A stretch of DNA of 64,000 nucleotides. It comes from Candidatus Woesearchaeota archaeon (lineage in GTDB: Archaea; Nanobdellota; Nanobdellia; Woesearchaeales; UBA583). Below the pieces are notes generated by a model. It made no database searches. It worked only from the letters and a program-made list of their open reading frames with translations, and was not told where the DNA came from. The stretch lies in the NCBI GenBank assembly GCA_965205335.1, contig OZ242164.1, positions 1,135,750 to 1,199,749 of the forward strand. The letters are read 5' to 3'. Each line of letters starts with the position of its first letter. The first letter of the stretch is position 1. This document shows positions 60,041 through 64,000 of this stretch, piece by piece. The translations under genes were made by a program, and so were the position numbers.

Positions 60041-61032
60041 TGGAGAAACAAAGGTTTATCTGTCTCTAATTAGGATGGGTGAGAGTACAGTAGGTCCTAT
60101 AGCAAAAGAGGCAGATGTATCACTTTCTAAAATCTATGAAATACTTGAAAACTTAATAAAAAAAGGATTAGTTAGCCATATACTAAAAAATAACACAAAA
60201 TATTTCTTAGCAACTGACCCTGAGAGATTAATTGATTATCTAGAAAGAAAAAAGAAAGAAATTATGGATTCAGAAAATCAAATAAAAGAAATCTTGCCTT
60301 TATTAAAAGCTCAAAAGGAGAAAAATGAAGGAAAAACTAAAGCAACACTGTATGAAGGTTTTAGGGGGATAAAAAGTTTTTATGAATCTGTATTGAGAGA
60401 TTCAAAATCAAAAGAAGAAATATTTGTTATTGGCCTTCCAAGATATGCAACGGAAAGATATGAAGGATATTTTTTAGATTGGAATAAGAGAAGATCTAAA
60501 AAAGGGGTGAGAATAAAATTAATTTTTAACTATGATGCTAAAGATTTAGGCAAAAAAAGAGAAAGAATAAAATTAACAGAAGTTAGATATCTAACTAAAG
60601 AGTTAATAACCCCTGCTTGGATATTAATTTACAGTAAAGGGGTAGCAACGATACACCTCACAAAAGATCCAATATGCACATTTATTAAAGATGAAGAAGT
60701 GGTAAAAAGTTACAAAAACTTTTTTAATTTGCTTTGGGATATCTCAAACACAAGATAGCTTAATTAAGTCCAGCCACTTATTAACTCCTAACCTTAATTG
60801 AGCAATCGCAATTTCTGCAGGTGTTCTTTTTCCCGAAGACATGTGTTTTCTATTAAAATTATAGTTAATCTGTCCAAAATGCAAATCTACACGATGGGAT
60901 AAGCCACCAAGAAAGAAGAAATAATTTTTTTGAGTCGGATAACTCCAGCTTACGTTACAATGTAAGTTAATCAAAAAACTTATATATCATATTTTTCAAA
61001 GAATTTTTAAATACACAAAGAAAACAAAAAAT

Positions 61033-62451
61033 ATGATAAAATTCTACAATACCCTAAGCAGAAAGAAAGAAACCTTCAAAACTATAAAAAAATGGGAAGT
61101 CAAAATCTATTCATGTGGTCCTACTGTTTATTCTTACGCACATATAGGGAATTTAAGAGCAATCATATTTACAGATGTCCTGAAAAGAACTCTAAGACAC
61201 TTAGGCTATAAAATAACTGATGTAGTGAATATAACTGATGTAGGACATCTCGTATCAGATGATGACTATGGGGAAGATAAGATGCTTAAAGCCGCAAAAA
61301 AAGAAAAGAAAAATCCTTATGAAATTGCAAGATTCTATGAGAATGATTATAAAAAAAGTCTAAAAGAACTAAACGTAAAACTACCCAAATACATGCCAAG
61401 GGCAACAGAACATATAAAGGAACAAATTGAAATCATAAAGAAATCAGAAAAAAACGAATTTACATATAAAACGTCTGATGGGATTTATTTTGATGTATCA
61501 AAAATAAAAGATTATGGCCAACTGTCAGGACAATCACTTGATGAGAAAAAATCAGGGGCAAGAGTTAAAATAGATGATGAAAAAAGAAATTCTTGGGATT
61601 TTGCTCTTTGGAAATTTCTGACAGGAGATAACAAGAACCATATTATGAAATGGAATTCACCTTGGGGGGAAGGCTTTCCGGGATGGCACATTGAATGTTC
61701 TGCTATGGGGTATAAATATTTAGGGGATGAATTTGACATACACACAGGTGGAATAGATCATATCCCAATTCACCATGAAAACGAAATAGCTCAGAATAAA
61801 GGTTCAAAAACAATTAAAAAAATAAATTTCTGGATGCATAATGCATTTGCCCTTGTTGATTCCCAGAAAATGTCAAAATCTCTTGGAAACATCTATACTC
61901 TCAAAGACTTGGAAAAAAAGGGATACAATCCCCTGTCATTTCGTGAAATATGTTTGAGAACCCATTACAGGAAGCAATTAAACTTTACATTTAGATCCTT
62001 AAAAGCTGCCCAGTCAAACTTAAAAAAATTAAATGACTTTAACGAGAACCTTAAAATTATAAAACCAATCTTCAAAGAGAACAGATTACACAAAATTTAT
62101 GAAAAATACATAAAAGAATTTAACGAAGCATTATCAGATGACTTAAACACACCTGTTGCAATGGCTTGTGTGTACAATTTTATGAATGAGTTCAATAAAT
62201 TAGGGGAATACTCAGCAAAAGACATTAAACTATCAAAAGATTTCATGCAAAATACGAATGAAGTTTTAGCCTTAATAGAAGATAATAAAGTACCTATAGA
62301 AATAATTGAACTTGCCCAAAAGAGAAAAGAAGCAAGAGAGAAGAAAGATTACAAGAAATCTGATAAACTAAGAAATGAAATTAAAGAAAAGGGTTACGAA
62401 ATTAAAGATTGGGAAAAATCAAAAGAAGGATATATTATAACAAAACTCTAA
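61033..62451 (+). CDS. cysS: cysteinyl-tRNA synthetase
   Basis: Y.CGPTVY, HIGN, NITDVGH, G.PGWHIECSAM, HHENEIAQ, KMSKS. Confidence 0.98.
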   Translation: MIKFYNTLSRKKETFKTIKKWEVKIYSCGPTVYSYAHIGNLRAIIFTDVLKRTLRHLGYKITDVVNITDVGHLVSDDDYGEDKMLKAAKKEKKNPYEIARFYENDYKKSLKELNVKLPKYMPRATEHIKEQIEIIKKSEKNEFTYKTSDGIYFDVSKIKDYGQLSGQSLDEKKSGARVKIDDEKRNSWDFALWKFLTGDNKNHIMKWNSPWGEGFPGWHIECSAMGYKYLGDEFDIHTGGIDHIPIHHENEIAQNKGSKTIKKINFWMHNAFALVDSQKMSKSLGNIYTLKDLEKKGYNPLSFREICLRTHYRKQLNFTFRSLKAAQSNLKKLNDFNENLKIIKPIFKENRLHKIYEKYIKEFNEALSDDLNTPVAMACVYNFMNEFNKLGEYSAKDIKLSKDFMQNTNEVLALIEDNKVPIEIIELAQKRKEAREKKDYKKSDKLRNEIKEKGYEIKDWEKSKEGYIITKL

Positions 62452-62457
62452 TTTAAA

Positions 62458-62856
62458 ATGGAATATGAAATATTCACAGATGGAGCGTCAAGAGGAAATC
62501 CAGGGCATGCAGGAATTGGAATAGCAGTATATAATAAAGATGGTGAAATATTTGATGAAATCTCACATTATCTTGGAACTAAAACGAATAATGAAGCAGA
62601 ATACACAGCAGTAATAAGAGCGCTTGAATATGTGAAACACAGAAACATCAAAGATGCAAATATATTTTGCGACTCTCAACTCTTAGTAAGACAACTAAAT
62701 GGAGAATACAAAGTAAAAGCCAAAACATTAATTACATTATACAAACAGGTAAAAGAACTAATGGATGAATTAGAAGGTGTAAAATTTCATTGGATTAATA
62801 GAGAAGAGAACTCTCACGCTGATAGTTTAGCAAACAAAGCTATTGATGAGAAATAA
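62458..62856 (+). CDS. rnhA: ribonuclease HI family protein
   Basis: TDGASRGNPG.AG, TNNEAEY, DSQL.V.Q..G.YKVK, REEN..AD.LAN. Confidence 0.93.
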   Translation: MEYEIFTDGASRGNPGHAGIGIAVYNKDGEIFDEISHYLGTKTNNEAEYTAVIRALEYVKHRNIKDANIFCDSQLLVRQLNGEYKVKAKTLITLYKQVKELMDELEGVKFHWINREENSHADSLANKAIDEK

Positions 62857-63304
62857 TCTCATTTAGAACTATAAAAACTGCTGCAATTGTTAAATAAAAA
62901 TCAGCAATATTAAAAACAAAAAAGCCCTCAATTACAATAAAATCACGGACAAATCCAAAAAATATTCTATCAAACAAATTTCCAATCAAACCCGAAATTA
63001 AAAAAACATAAACAAAAAAGAGCATGCAGTTTTTCTTGAAATACTCCTGCTTGTAAAACATAATAGCTAAAACAACAATAGATAAAACAATAATTAAAAG
63101 ATTATAATACTGAGTATTTGAGAAAATCCCAAAAGCAGAACCATAATTTATAACATAATTGATATTTATAAAAAACCTATCAAAAAATGACTTATTCATA
63201 AAAAAAGATTTAGTTATTAAATCAATGCATACTAAAATTACAATAATCAGAATAGAAAATCCATTGAATTTCCCTTTAATCAAGTTGTTGCAGAGTTTCA
63301 CCAT
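62840..63304 (-). CDS. lspA: lipoprotein signal peptidase (signal peptidase II)
   Basis: D..TK, N.G.AFG, G..GN..DR..G.V.DFI, FN.AD. Confidence 0.88.
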   Translation of the reverse strand: MVKLCNNLIKGKFNGFSILIIVILVCIDLITKSFFMNKSFFDRFFININYVINYGSAFGIFSNTQYYNLLIIVLSIVVLAIMFYKQEYFKKNCMLFFVYVFLISGLIGNLFDRIFFGFVRDFIVIEGFFVFNIADFYLTIAAVFIVLNEIISHQ

Positions 63305-63409
63305 ATCTTATTTTATCAAACTTTCTTATTAAATCTTTCTAAAAATTATAAAGTTTGTAACTCTTCTATTTACAGAAAATATTTAAAAACAAAAAAATAT
63401 AAAGATAAT

Positions 63410-64000
63410 ATGTTGGTTATAAAATCTAAATCTGCTAATATAGAGATTTCTCTCTCATGGATATTTATGATAATAGTCGGGATTTTTTTTATTGTTTTAT
63501 CATATAATATTGTTTCAAAGTATCAGGAAAATGAAGAACAAAAATATGAACTTGAACTTAGTCTATCAATGAGAGAGATCCTAAATAAAGTAGGGCACAC
63601 GTCAGGTATTGAGAAAGCAAAAATTGAGAATGCGCCAGATGTATTTGAAGAATTAGAACTTGAGGTTGTCTGTGTTGCAGATGAGCCCCTTCTTAGCATA
63701 AACGAAAATATAAATCCAAATAATCAATTTTTAGAGAATTACCCTACTTTTATGTCAAAAATACATAAGGGAAGTATAAACACATATATTATTGTTGAAA
63801 ACTACAAACTGCCATTTAAAATAACAAACCTGTTAGCTATTGTTTCAACTAAAAATATAATTGTGCTTGATGAAGACTCAGAGATTTTTGAGAAACTTTT
63901 ATTAAAGTTTAATAGAGAATATAGAGGAAATATTAAACCAATTAAGAAAAACTTTTCTGAAAGAGATTTAGTAGGTACTATTTGGGATGGTATTAAAAAT
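63410..64000 (+). CDS. partial pilin-like protein running off the window (not in ORF track)
   Basis: MLVIKSKSA|NIEISLSWIFMIIVGIFF.. basic region + hydrophobic helix; appears open to window end. Confidence 0.65.
   Translation, partial: MLVIKSKSANIEISLSWIFMIIVGIFFIVLSYNIVSKYQENEEQKYELELSLSMREILNKVGHTSGIEKAKIENAPDVFEELELEVVCVADEPLLSINENINPNNQFLENYPTFMSKIHKGSINTYIIVENYKLPFKITNLLAIVSTKNIIVLDEDSEIFEKLLLKFNREYRGNIKPIKKNFSERDLVGTIWDGIKN

Larger units (their letters stand above)
58987..60758 (+). pseudogene. TrmB-family HTH regulator interrupted after codon 15 by the 1007-bp element
   Basis: Excising element + one TSD gives MYETLLKEIGLTNGETKVYLSLIRMGESTVGPIAKEA..SKIYEIL..LIKKGLVS in one frame. Confidence 0.9.

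Noticed and set aside
60744-60974. 76-aa minus-strand ORF; plus-strand ICPKCKSTRWDKPPRKKK* fragment
   Set aside because: The minus ORF has no support; the plus fragment looks like a small Zn-ribbon remnant but has an in-frame stop just upstream and is too short to call

Overview
AT-rich chromosomal segment of a small-genome archaeon, most likely DPANN (Woesearchaeota/Nanoarchaeota-like; inferred from archaeal L31e/S19e/L35Ae/L10e, MCM, RadA, PAN and RFC-L, unlinked housekeeping genes, a stand-alone 5S rRNA, and bacterial-type MetK and LspA). It also carries tRNA-Arg(TCT), tRNA-Glu(TTC), an incomplete His-Xaa-Ser radical-SAM module (HxsB+HxsD), and two giant surface proteins (Cys-rich thrombospondin-repeat; FN3/cadherin/LRR with a 5' C12 tract). 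Two signals are not explained by the ORF track. (1) A transposase-less family of GG(C/T)T(C/T)TG-ended elements with 8-9 bp target duplications: short MITEs, plus cargo-carrying versions. One 1007-bp element carries an intact MORN-like lipoprotein gene and splits a TrmB regulator; others border hsdS/hsdR fragments. (2) A second copy of the last 75 bp of xerA that differs only at synonymous sites, with each copy followed by one of two highly diverged paralogous genes, resembling a cassette array at the xerA 3' end. Candidate structured RNAs, decayed genes and a nucleotidyltransferase/metallophosphoesterase pair are also reported. No CRISPR array, transposase or reverse transcriptase was seen. 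All family calls are by motif recognition, not database search.
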